Source of the DNA: an uncultured Acidobacteriota bacterium
GTDB taxonomy: Bacteria; Acidobacteriota; UBA6911
Length of the DNA: 64,000 bases
Assembly: GCA_963827655.1 (NCBI GenBank)
Contig: CAWHCF010000047.1
Coordinates: forward strand, 32,001 to 96,000
Reading direction: 5' to 3'
Shown here: one piece after another, positions 20,230-31,200 of the stretch
Position numbering within the stretch: the first letter of the stretch is position 1
Layout of the letters: every line of letters begins with the position of its first letter
Notes under the pieces: model-generated
What the model was told of the DNA's origin: nothing
The model's database searches: none
What the model saw: only the letters and a program-made list of their open reading frames with translations
Made by a program: the position numbers and the translations under genes

Positions 20230-20250
20230 TATTCACCTTTTATTCACCTT
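20230..20250. promoter_or_regulatory. Putative LexA (SOS) box upstream of imuA
   Basis: Direct repeat TATTCACCTT-T-TATTCACCTT = ATTC-N7-ATTC, similar to the GTTC-N7-GTTC box of Alphaproteobacteria and Acidobacterium. Confidence 0.7.
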
Positions 20251-20286
20251 GGCATTTTGCATTGCCCGGCGTTTAGCTGTCAACGG

Positions 20287-20370
20287 GATTGACGATTTAC
20301 GATTGACGATTTACGATCGGAAAACTGGATCCTGATTTTAATCGTCAATCGTCAATCGTAAATCGTCAAT
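20287..20370. repeat. Heptamer inverted array (GACGATT)n/(AATCGTC)n
   Basis: Directly visible hairpin-forming pair with a short spacer. Confidence 0.95.
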
Positions 20371-20690
20371 GCTTATAAACGTGGTCAAGCACTTCAAGTG
20401 GAAACCGGGGAAAAGGCGCATTCATGCCAACCGATTCCGGAAATGCCGATGCAGGCCTTGGCTTGAAGCTGAAATTTCTCCAGCGATTGTATTGCCTGGG
20501 AGCTACTTCAGCTCAGGCTCTCCTGGGAGAAACAGTTCAGGGTCAGCGGTCGCGAGGGGAGTTCGTGAAATCTTCTTTGCTCCCAGGTCATGGCAACCGT
20601 TCACCCGTCATCCATTCTGCGGGCGCCCGACGACGAGACGCCGGTCGAGCGGCAAAGGTTCATCGATGATTTGAAAAAACTGAAGTCGAT
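20371..20690 (+). pseudogene. udgX: Decayed UdgX-family uracil-DNA glycosylase (C-terminal half)
   Basis: Three frames give NVVKHFKWKPGKRRIHA...CRPWLEAEI / CLGATSAQALLG...RGEFVKSSL / MATVHPSSILRAPDDE...RFIDDLKK. KRRIH is the UdgX signature. Confidence 0.85.
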
Positions 20691-20766
20691 ACGACGATTG
20701 ACGATTGCATGGCTAGGCGACGCTGACTGGCCGGGTTTTCAATCGTCAATCGTCAATCGTCAATCG
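20691..20766. repeat. Heptamer inverted array (GACGATT)n/(AATCGTC)n
   Basis: Directly visible; supplies the stop codon of the LVIVD gene (...LRLTIDD*). Confidence 0.9.
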
Positions 20767-21769
20767 AAGGATGAGCAGGCCGGCTTCGCCGTCGGCCAGA
20801 AAAACGGTGATGCTGCCGTCCGGAGCGGATTCCGCCTGAACTCCAAGCGCCGTTCCGCTGGTATGGTATTCGGCTGCAATACGAGGTTTTTGTAAATCGT
20901 CAACGTCGAGCACTGTCAGTCCCCGTTTCCAGTTGGCCACGAAGACATAACGCCCGCTCCAGGCAACCCCGTGCGCCCAACCGCCCGATTCCGGATGAGC
21001 TCGATCTTTGGGGTTCAAACCCAATGAGTGGCGGGCAATCACCCTTGGCTGTGCCGGGTCCGAGAGATCTACCAGGCTTACCCCGCCATGCCCTTCCGCA
21101 ACCGCCGCCATAGGACGTCCATCGGGTGAGTTCCCCAGAGCCAGCGCAATTGCGGTGGCCGGCGTAGGGACTACGGCGATTTCCACAGGTTTTTCCGGAG
21201 CCCGGATATCGACGATACGCAGGCCGTAGTTCCAGTCGGCAAGGAGCGCGTGCTCCCGCCAGAGCTTGACATCGTGGGACCACCCGGGTGAGGCGAGCCC
21301 CGCAATCTGGCGAATCCCGTCTTTGCCCGGCTGAGCCACGACCAGGCCGTGCAGGCCAAATGCGACGAACGCCAGGTCGCCGCGCGTCGAGACGTAGTTT
21401 GCGATCTCGTTTTCAAACGCGAGCCGGCCGAGCACCGCTCCGTCGGGAGCCATGTGAACCAGTCCTTCGAACCGCGCGGCCAGCAGCAGGCCATCAGCCC
21501 GTGGGGCAAGCGAAATGACATCTGCCACCGGGGTGAAGGTCTGAGGCGAAGTTAACCCTTGGTCCCGCCGAAATACGAGGAGTCCCGCCTGGCGATCAGA
21601 GACGTAGATCTTGTTGTCTGCCAAAGCTACGTCGTGGGCCCATCCTGGAGTGTCGAAGCGCGCGGTCTCTTCGATGCGATAACGTCTCGAGCCGTGAATA
21701 CAGGCCGAAATGCAGAAAACCAGTGCGGCGAGAAGCGCAGTAGGCAGTCGCTTTCGGCCTTCCGACGCT
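20746..21769 (-). CDS. LVIVD-repeat beta-propeller lipoprotein (start codon unresolved)
   Basis: Repeats such as GLRIVDIRAPEKP and GVSLVDLSDPAQP. The frame stays open upstream of 21624 through RKRLPTALLAALVFCISAC (lipobox) with no ATG. Confidence 0.75.
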
Positions 21770-21871
21770 TAGCTGATGGTAGCGCGGCGGAACTCCCACT
21801 TTCTTTGTTGTCTTGATTCGACATTCAACGAAGGCAGTAGTCTACCTCGTTAATGCCCTTCTGCCTACTGC

Positions 21872-22648
21872 TTACTGCCTTACTGCTTTGCTCAAATTGC
21901 GGTAGTAAATCAGCCCGCGTTTGTAGCCGAGCCGGAACGGTTCCTGCTCGTGGATTTCACGATAATGTTTCCGCAGGTGCGGGCGTGCTTTGCTGAAGCT
22001 TTTGCCGCGTACCGCCGGATGCAATGCAGCCTCGAATCCCTGCCGGTAGGCCGATTCGTCGGTGGCAAAATCTCTTTCTCCAGCCCTGTAATGCTCGGCT
22101 TCAGCATCTCGCAGCCCAATCCACCACTGTTTCCGCGCCGCATCGATGCTTTCGGCCCCCACTTCCTCAAATGCCGTGCGCGCTGCATCGGCCTGTCCCT
22201 CGTCATCGGCAAGCGCAATAACGACCGTGCGCCCTCGTCGAAGAGCGTCTTCGTAAACAAAGAGCTCATCCTTCGGGAGACCGTCGGACATCGAATTCTC
22301 CAGCGCGCCACCGGCTGCCGCCCCGGCCGCCGCCCCGCCGGCTCCCAGCAGAGCGGCCGCGTAGAGCCCGGCCGCCGCGACGGCCCCCACGCCCGGCACC
22401 GCCAGGCTGGCGAATGCGGCCCCAATCGGGCCCAGGGCCGCGCCAGTGACTCCTCCGACGACAGCTCCGATGGCTTTCCCCATTCCGGGCTGCTCAGTTT
22501 CCAAGGTTGGGACTTCTGTAAGCGCTCTCGCGGAATCGCTGGGAGTCAGGAAATTGATGTTCTCGTCGCTTATACCAAGCGCGCGCAGCTTAAGGATCGC
22601 GTGCCGCGCTTCCGAGGAAGAGTTAAAAACACCGGTAACAGCTTTCAT
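21872..22648 (-). CDS. General-stress-protein-like (YflT-type N-terminus, Gly/Ala zipper) membrane protein
   Basis: MKAVTGVF..., Gly/Ala zipper, YEDALRRGRTVV; RBS GGAGG. Confidence 0.7.
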   Translation of the reverse strand: MKAVTGVFNSSSEARHAILKLRALGISDENINFLTPSDSARALTEVPTLETEQPGMGKAIGAVVGGVTGAALGPIGAAFASLAVPGVGAVAAAGLYAAALLGAGGAAAGAAAGGALENSMSDGLPKDELFVYEDALRRGRTVVIALADDEGQADAARTAFEEVGAESIDAARKQWWIGLRDAEAEHYRAGERDFATDESAYRQGFEAALHPAVRGKSFSKARPHLRKHYREIHEQEPFRLGYKRGLIYYRNLSKAVRQ

Positions 22649-22671
22649 GTTCACCTCCGTGAACAAACAAC

Positions 22672-22686
22672 GCAACTCGCATTCCA
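22672..22686 (-). promoter_or_regulatory. Possible sigma-54 promoter
   Basis: TGGAATGCGAGTTGC (GG-N10-GC), 23 nt upstream of the ATG. Confidence 0.5.
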
Positions 22687-23054
22687 CAGGCAGACAGCCA
22701 ACTGTTAGAGAGAGTTGAACTTGGAAATCTCCTGGCGAATGTCCCACCAGGAGGTGACCGTGAAGCAGGAAAAAATCCTCTGTGCTCCCTGAATACCACA
22801 AGACGTGAAGACGCGAAGAAACACCAAGATCAAACAAGGCTTGAGAAGAGCACGGTGGAAGCGTAAAGTAGATCCATAATCTCAATCGGGCTGCTCGTGG
22901 GACTCACCGACACTTGGAGCCCAGGCGTGACAAGGGAAGTCAGACCGGTCCGAAAAGCGCAGGTGGTTGTTTTTTCTGATTCGCCGAAGTTTCCCAATGA
23001 TCAGGAATCTTCACGGTATAAATCGGTCCAAGGGTGTGATCCAGCAGGTTCCAT

Positions 23055-23420
23055 GTGAAAATCCTCGTCGTTGATGATGATCCGGCGATGCGTCTCGTCG
23101 CCTCGATTGCCCTCGAACAGGTTGGCGGGTTCGAGGTTCTGCTCGCGCAGGGAGGCCTCGAGGCGATTGAATGCGCCAGACAAAACAAGCCTGACGCTAT
23201 CTTGATGGATCTGGTCATGCCCGACGTTGATGGGCCCGACGTTCTTCAAACACTGCGGAAGCACGAGTCTACCGACAAGATACCCATAATCTTCCATACA
23301 GCGAAGACGGATCCTTCAGAAGTCAGAGGGATGCTTGCTCTCGGCGCAAAAGGAGTTATTGGAAAACCCTTTGATCCGGCGGCGCTGGCAGAAGAAATCG
23401 AGCGAATTCTGGAGTCCTGA
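23055..23420 (+). CDS. Single-domain response regulator (CheY-like)
   Basis: ILVVDDD, ILMDLVMPDVDG, IIFHTA, KPFD. Confidence 0.9.
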   Translation: MKILVVDDDPAMRLVASIALEQVGGFEVLLAQGGLEAIECARQNKPDAILMDLVMPDVDGPDVLQTLRKHESTDKIPIIFHTAKTDPSEVRGMLALGAKGVIGKPFDPAALAEEIERILES

Positions 23421-23444
23421 AGAAGTCTTCAAAGCACCTGGCCT

Positions 23445-23912
23445 ATGGGTAAGAATCAGTCGCGCAAGTTGAGCCAGGTCTTAGAGCGCTTCTCGCACAA
23501 CGTCACCCAGTGGGCCGGCAGTTCCATGGCTTTTAGCGCCGCTCTGGCGGTGATCGTGGTCTGGGCGGTTACGGGACCAATCTTCGGGTTCTCCGACACC
23601 TGGCAGCTTGTCATCAACACAGGGACGACAATTGTCACGTTCCTGATGGTCTTTCTGATACAGCGCACCCAAAACAAAGAATCCAGGGCCATCCACGTAA
23701 AGCTCAACGAAATCGTAGCCGCGCTGGAAGGGGCCAGTAATCGCTTGATCGACGTCGAAGATTTGACGGAGGACGAGATCGAGACTCTTCACCAGCATTA
23801 CCGCAGACTGGTTGCGATGGCCAAAAAGGACTCGTCCTTGACCAAATCTCACTCCATTGAAGAGGCAGAAACGCGGCATCGCTCCAAGATCGAGAAGAGA
23901 CCTGCCGGTTGA
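23445..23912 (+). CDS. Low-affinity iron permease (Fet4-like) family protein
   Basis: FSDTWQLVINTGTTIVTFLMVFLIQRTQN...KLNE. Confidence 0.9.
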   Translation: MGKNQSRKLSQVLERFSHNVTQWAGSSMAFSAALAVIVVWAVTGPIFGFSDTWQLVINTGTTIVTFLMVFLIQRTQNKESRAIHVKLNEIVAALEGASNRLIDVEDLTEDEIETLHQHYRRLVAMAKKDSSLTKSHSIEEAETRHRSKIEKRPAG

Positions 23913-23945
23913 CCACTTTCGGTCTTCGCGCTAAAAAAACGAAGG

Positions 23946-24669
23946 CTACGATGACCGCGAAGACGCCAGGACCCGATCGTTCCGCTTCGCCAGCAGTCTC
24001 CAGGGAAGCTCCAGAATTATGAAGCTCAGGAGCGCGATCAGCTCCAGGGACAAGATGTACCAGGGCCAGGGCCCCAGGTAGTCGATCAAGGAAGGCTGCG
24101 AAGGCGGGTGCCGCAGATAGCCGTAGTTCCAGCCGAAGGCCAGGTCGAGCGCGCCCACAGCCAGCGCATACAAATTGACCGCGAGAAGCATGCGAGGAAC
24201 GCTGGCGGCGCGGGGTCGAAGTTTGCGGACCGCGATCAGATAAACGATCGCCAGCAGAATGGTTCCGTGAGACCAAAAGAATTGGATGAAATCCCAGGAT
24301 GGGAAACCTAGCCCGAGGTCAGGCGTAACGACCGCGTGCAGGGTTCCGCCCAGCCCCCAGAAATAAGCAATTTCAAAGGCAAGACGATCAGGCCTGAAAA
24401 GCGCGATGATGCAAGCCAGCAAGACGCAGTGGCATAGTTCGAGCGGAAGTGAGTTCTCCCAGCTCAGTTCGCCTGCCAGCCCTTTTTGCATGTAAGCCGC
24501 TACGACATAGGCTGCAAGCGAGACGCCAAGAGCTCTACCCAGCCCGTCCCTCTGCGCGGGGGAAAACCGCTCCGCGGACCACGCGATGAGGCCGCACAGC
24601 CCCACGATGATCCCCAGTGTGACCAGGTGTTCGACGCTGAACGGTTCGAAGCTAGCCGGCTCTGGCACG
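23946..24669 (-). CDS. YwaF/TIGR02206-like integral membrane protein, in frame with the upstream peptidase
   Basis: LPLELCH, AYFWGLGG, TPDL, NYGYLRHPP, LGPWPWY. Possible own GTG start at 24669. Confidence 0.8.
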
Positions 24670-24713
24670 TCAATCGTCAATAAATCGTCAATCGTCAATC
24701 GTAAATCGTCAAT
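24669..24713. repeat. Heptamer array at the peptidase/YwaF junction
   Basis: (AATCGTC/AATCGTA)n; encodes IDDLRLTIDDLLTID on the minus strand. Confidence 0.9.
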
Positions 24714-27707
24714 TGCGCGGCCTGTATTCAGGTGATCGAAATTCAAAATTGCATTGAAGACCAGGAAGTAGGTCCCCTGGGTTTGACCGCGCCAGATTGG
24801 ATTGATCGAAAACAGGAGCACATGACCGCGCTCAACGGGCACATCGATTACGGCTGGATGCTGCGCGATCTCGCTGCCGGCTTCGAGGAGCCCCGAGATG
24901 AGCAGGTCCTTGGCTTCGGCATAGCGCAGCACGATACGCGGCCGGTACTCGGGAGGAATGACGTAGATCCCGTTGCGCTTTTGCTCGTCGGTGAGCGGAA
25001 GCGCCTCCCACGGCTCCGCCTCGGGTTCTTCGGGAAGCTCACCGGCGCGCCGGTCCTGCGGAGTATCAGGATCATCTGCCGTGCCCCGTCCGGTCGGCCG
25101 CTCACGTTCCTCGGGCCGCCTTCGCCCGGCCCTGCCGCCGGCCATGTTGCTGATATTGAAGATTGGACCGTCGAAGCAATAAACGGACATCGAGTCCCCA
25201 TAGCCGTAAGCGATCGGACTCGCTCGATCGACGAACTTCGAGCGCAGCACACTTCCGGCCACTTTCAGACGTTGCGGGCGGGCGATCTGGACCCCGGGTG
25301 TGAACCCGTAGGCGACGGCCAGATCGGCGGTGTCCATCACCCCTATAAGAAGGCCTCCCTGGCGAACGAAATTCTGTAGATTCTCGAGTCCCCGCCAACC
25401 CAGGCCCGGTCTTATATCGTCAGTGGCATCGATCTTTCCGAGGTTTGGAGTTTCAGGGGTTGTCTTCCAGGGGAGCGGGTTTCCCCACATCGGCATGCCT
25501 GCGACAATCGCCTGCGGTCCGCCCCGGCCGACCGGTGGAAAGAGAATGACGTCATACTTCGAAACCAGCGACTCGTCTTTCGCGACATCTTGAGTACTCA
25601 AGTACTGGTACGGGATTTTCAGTTGATCGAAGGCCAGGCGCCACCATCCCTCATTTTGCGTGCTCAACCAGGAGTGCAGGATTGCAATACGCGCCGCCTT
25701 GACCGGATGCGTTTTCGCCGCGGGAGCGGCATTCAACGCCCGGATTCTCAGGCCCAGCTCGGACGCAGCGCGCTCAATTTCGGCGGCTTGGACGTTACGA
25801 ACCAGAAAAGAACCTCGTGAGAATTTCTCCCCGTCAGCCTCGAACGGCTCCTCGACAGCCTCGAACGCCGCATCCTTAAAACGATAGCGCAACGTCATGA
25901 GCGCATTATCGGCATTATGATTCACGGCAAATACCGATCCGCTGCCTTTCAGGCTGCCCGGCGCGCGCACCTCGCCGGAGACCCTTTCCATCGGAGTCTC
26001 CAGAATGTTGGCGCCGGTTACCCGCACCACTTGCGCACCGAACAGCTCCCCCAGAGTCCAGCCCGTATCGTCATAGGGATTCTTCTGGGGATCGTTGGGG
26101 CTCCAGTACTGAGTATCGAGCAGCGCGTCAGCTACCCTGCTGTAAGGTTGATCCATCCGCACGATGTAACTGCCGGCCGCGAACTGACGCGTTTCGGGAG
26201 TGGATTCCTTTCTGACTTCGCCTGCCGCGCCGTCGCTCGACGACCTCCGGGGCTTCTTCTTCGGTTCCAAGGTCACGGAAAACTGGCCGGTGGCCCTGGA
26301 AATCTCGCATCCCTGGAGCTGGATCAGCCGAAGAAGCTCGGCCTGGCCGCCGGGTCGCGGATCGTCGGCCGGAAAGATATAGGCGGATGGTCCCGCCTCT
26401 TTCGGCTTCAGGATCGAACGCTTGCTCTTGAGATAGAAGTTGCGCAAGAAGAGTTTTGAATTGGCTGCGAAGTGAGACAGCGACACCAGTAATCCCGTCT
26501 GCTGGTAGTTATTGTTGTTGCGCTGCGACCATCTGGCTTTGGGCAACGGCGGGTTCTGGCGGTACCAGGTTCTTGCATACTGCTGGGGTTCCAGGGTGCG
26601 TTCCAGCGTATCAGCGCCGCCATTACCAAACGTCTCATAGAGCCGGCTGATTCCGTTGTGAGTGGCCGCAAGAAACATGAGGTAGCCCGGCGACCATGTG
26701 TCGAAGGTGCCGTGGGCAAAGACGCCCGGCATGCCAAACTTGGTCATCTCCGAGACGTTGTGCCAGCCGATCATCTGCCATTCGTCGGCCAGGATAGGAT
26801 CAATCCACGCATTGTAGGGGCCGTCGCCAATGGTGTTGTCGTACAGGTAGGGTACGGATTCGTGCAGGTCATGCAGGACCTGAGCTTTCCAGTGGAGAAA
26901 AGTCTTCAACACATTCTGGGTGAGCTTAAGGGATAGACCAATGGCGTCGCGGTTGTTATCGTGCCCGACATACTTTCCCCAGTAGACCAGCGGCGGCCAG
27001 TTCAGGTCTGGATTGGCCAGGTGCCAGTTGTAGATATCGACCTGGCGGTCGCGTCCGTCCACTTCGACAATGGGAGTGATCAACGTGATCATGCCGTCGC
27101 GGATTGACTTGACGTAGGGACTGTCGTCTACGGCCAGACGGTAGGCTAGCTCCATAAGAGCCGTCGGCGATCCGGTCTCAGGTGAGTGTATCGCGCCGGT
27201 GATGTAGTACACCGGCACCGAATCAGCCAGAATCCGCTCGGCCTCACCGTCGTTCATGTTGATCGTGCGCGGATCGGCAAGCCGTGCGAGACGTTCGCGA
27301 TTCTCCTGGAGGCGTGCCAGAAGTTGCTCCGACGCGACCGCGACCGCGATCATCTCGCGCCCTTCTTCGGTTGAGCCGATTGAATAGACCTTCACTCGAG
27401 GGCTCGCCTTTTCGAGCATCCGCATGTAACGGTACACGTCGGCTGAGTAAGGCAGTTTCCCAGGAGCGCCGGCAATGTCCCCAAGCACAGCCCTCGGTGT
27501 GGGCACGCTCTTCGATGCCGGAAGATAGTCGACCAGAGGCGAGCTGAAGAAGGGCTCGGTCGTATACTCACGGATCTTGTTCGTATACTCTTCGTCGATC
27601 GGCTGCGACGGGTGACGTCCGGGTCGTGGCGGGTCGGCGGCGACCAGCGCGGTGGCGAAGCAGAGAGCGGTCAAAGCGATGGGTCGCGTCATTTCAGAGA
27701 AGGTCAT
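24714..27707 (-). CDS. Secreted M14-family zinc carboxypeptidase-like protein (no stop codon before YwaF)
   Basis: Signal peptide, IHSPE (HxxE), DNNRD, DLHE, C-terminal GATase-like domain. Confidence 0.85.
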
Positions 27708-27909
27708 GCCTGTCCTCCGGTCTCGATTGCGGATTTCGGATTGTAAAAGGGGCGTTAGCAGACGTTAATTAAATCCGAAGCCGGCATCCGGATATTCTAC
27801 ACCGGAGGCCGAAGATTCGTGACATTCGCGCCTGGCCCGGCTGTCAGAAGTTGTGAAGAGATTCAGCCGAATGGACGCTCGGATTGACACTTTCCGAAGC
27901 CTTATGTGC

Positions 27910-28047
27910 CGACGGGTCCGATCAGACCCGTCGCAAGTAACGTGATCAGTGAGACTTGAGCCTTAAAAAGTTCATTTGTGCTACCAGGTGGGCCGGACGG
28001 GCTTGATAGCCCGTCCGCACATGTATCGGGTTTTTGCGACAGTCTCA
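27910..28047. repeat. Two GACGGG hairpins with degenerate TGAGACT...AGTCTCA ends (REP/MITE-like)
   Basis: CGACGGGTC..GACCCGTCG and CGGACGGGCT..AGCCCGTCCG; TTTTTGCGACAGTCTC resembles an IS end. Confidence 0.45.
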
Positions 28048-28263
28048 TCAGACCGTGCCTTTCACGTCAGTTGATCTGCCGATCAATCGCGTAAAGAGAT
28101 CGCTGAGAAGAACTTTCGAGAAGCATACCGGCTACTGTCTCGATCTCAGATCTTGTTGCAACCCCTCCCGAGTATCGGCTGCTATAATCGTAGAGCCTTC
28201 GCGTCTCGGCGGTGAGCGGGCAACAAGGGCCGCGAAACGCGGGGAAACACCGAGGGATTTGCG

Positions 28264-31200
28264 TTGAAGAATAGCCATTCCTCCGTCGTTATTCTCGGAG
28301 AACTCGAGGAGCCGATCCGCGCCGAACTCTTCAGCGTCGAACGACTCGAGCAGCACGCCGAGAGCCTGGCCGCCGCGCAGCATGTCACCCCCGACCCGCG
28401 CAAAGGCCGCCCGCTCGCGGGGCGTGTCCGGGAAAACGGGCGGGTTTTGCTCGACTGTTATCGCGTGATCGCCGCGGCAATCCGCGAAGAGCGCGCCATC
28501 ACCCCGGCTGCCGAATGGCTGGTAGATAACTTCCACATCGTGGATGAGCAGCTGCGCGAGATCCGCGAGGACCTGCCCCTGAGTTATTACCGCGAGCTGC
28601 CCAAGCTCGCCGGCGGACACCTGGAGGGATATCCGCGCGTTTATGGAATCGCCTGGGCATTCGTCGCCCACTCCGATAGCCGCTTCGATCCTGAAGCGCT
28701 GCGGCGCTTCGTCCGCGCCTACCAGCGCGTCCAGCCGTTGTCGATCGGAGAACTATGGGCGATCGCAATCAATCTCAGGGTGATGCTGGTGGAGAACCTG
28801 CGGCGCCTGGCGGAAGGCATCGTGGAGCGGCGCGCCGCGCGCCAGGAAGCCGACGCGCTGGCGGACAGGCTGCTCGGCCTGATCGACAAACCCGCCGAGC
28901 GCGCCGACGCGGTGCTGCGCAAGTATGAAGGTGAGGCGCTGTCAATGGCCTTTGCCGTGCAGCTGGTCCAGCGTTTGCGCGATCAGGATCCCGACGTGAT
29001 TCCCGCTCTGCTTTGGCTGGACGAGCGTCTTGCGGAGAGCGGCACGACCGCCGACGAGATCGTGCGGCTTGAACATCAGCGGCAGGCGGCCATGAATGTA
29101 ACGGTCCGCAACATCATCACAAGCATGCGTGAGATGTCGGCGTTCGACTGGTCGGAGTTTTTCGAAAGCGTCAGCCTGGTCGATGAAATCCTCCGCGACG
29201 GCAGCGACTTTGCCGCGATGAACTTCGCCACACGCGACCGATACCGCCACGCCATCGAGGATCTGGCTCGAGGCTCGAAGCTGTCGGAACTCGAAATTGC
29301 GCGGCGCGCCGTCGAGCGGGCGCAGCGGGCCCGCCGAGACACCGGCCAGGCTCCCGACGCGCGTCGGGAAGACCCGGGCTATTACCTCATCTCGAAAGGG
29401 CGCGTGTCGTTTGAGAAAGAGACGGGGTTCCGAGTCTCATGGAGGCATCGGCTCATCCGGGCCTATGTCGGCATGGCGACGCCCGCCTACCTGGGAACGA
29501 TCGCAATCTTGACCGGATTGATTCTGACGCTACCCCTTCTAACCGGCATCGAGCCCTGGTCAAGCCGTTCCGGTCTTCTCTTGTTCGCGTTTCTCGCGCT
29601 GATTCCCGCCTCGGAGCTGGCGATTGCGCTGGTGAATCGATTCCTGCTCGAGTTGTTCGCGCCCCGCCCGCTGCCGAAGCTGGAACTTCGCGACGGAATT
29701 CCGCCCGGTCTGCGGACGATGGTCGTAGTACCGACCATTTTCACGAGTGAAGCCCAGGCGCGCGAGTTGATAGAACGCCTGGAGGTTCATTATCTAGCCA
29801 ACCCGCAAGGGGACCTCCGTTTCGCGCTTCTGTCGGACTGGGCGGATGCGCATAACGAGACCATGCCCGGGGACGAGGAGTTGCTTGCGGCGGCAATCGA
29901 GGGCATCGAGCAACTGAACCTGCATCACGGGCCTGCCCCGGAGGGAGGTGAGCGATTTCTGCTGTTTCATCGCAAGCGCGTCTGGAATGCGCGCGAGGGG
30001 AAGTGGATCGGTTGGGAGCGCAAGCGCGGGAAGTTGCACGAGCTTAACCGGCTGCTCCGGGGCGCCACCGACACGACCTTCCTTCCTGTCGGTGATCAGC
30101 CGGCCGAAGCACCCTCCGGAGTCCGGTACGTGATCACGCTCGACTCCGACACGAAGTTTCCCAGGGAGACCGCCAGACGTCTGGTCTCAACAATGGCGCA
30201 TCCCCTGAATCGGCCGAGGTTTGATGCTCGCAGAGGGCGGGTGGTCGAAGGGTATGGCGTGATGCAGCCACGAGTCATGCCGGCTCTTCCCGGCGATCGA
30301 GAGGAATCCGTTTTCCACCTGATCTTCGCGGGCCCGTGCGGCGTCGATCCTTACGCCGCGGCGGTTTCTGACATCTACCAGGACCTCTTTGGAGAGGGAA
30401 GTTACACCGGCAAAGGAATCTATGATGTAGACGCGTTCGAGACCGCGCTGACGGGACGCGTGCCTGAGAACGCTTTGCTCAGCCACGATCTGTTCGAGGG
30501 ACTCTTCGCGCGCGCCGGGCTGGTTACCGACATCGAGCTCTTCGAAGATTTTCCCTCCCACTACCAGCTCGCGGCGCTCCGCCAGCATCGCTGGGCTCGA
30601 GGCGACTGGCAATTGTTGCCCTGGATCTTTGGCCGGGCGTCCCGCTCGATCTCCTGGATCGGACGATGGAAGATGCTCGACAACCTGCGACGAAGTCTAT
30701 TCGCTCCCGCCGCACTCCTCACCCTGATTGCCGGTTGGACGCTCCCGTTTGCTTCTTCGGCTGTCTGGACACACTTTATCGTGGGCACGATCGCTTTCCC
30801 CCCCCTTTTTCATTTCGTCACCGGGCTGCTGCCACCGCGCCGCGGAATCTCGAAGCGAAGTCACCTTCGCACCCTGATGACCGACCTTACGATCGCGGCT
30901 TCTCAGCTCGCCCTCACCGTGGCCTTTCTCGCTCACCAGGCATGGCTGATGGCCGATGCCATTCTGCGAACGCTCGCTCGCCTGTTCTGGACGCGCCGGA
31001 GACTGCTCGAGTGGGTCACGGCGGCGCGAGCCAAGGCCGGTCTTAGCCTGGACCTCGCCGCCTTTTATCGGCACATGGCCGCAGCCGTAGCAATCTCGGG
31101 AGGGGTGGCAACAGTCGTGGCCCTGAATAGACTGGACGCCTGGCAAGAGGCAGCTCCGATGCTCCTGCTCTGGGCGTTCTCTCCCGCGGTGGCCCGCTGG

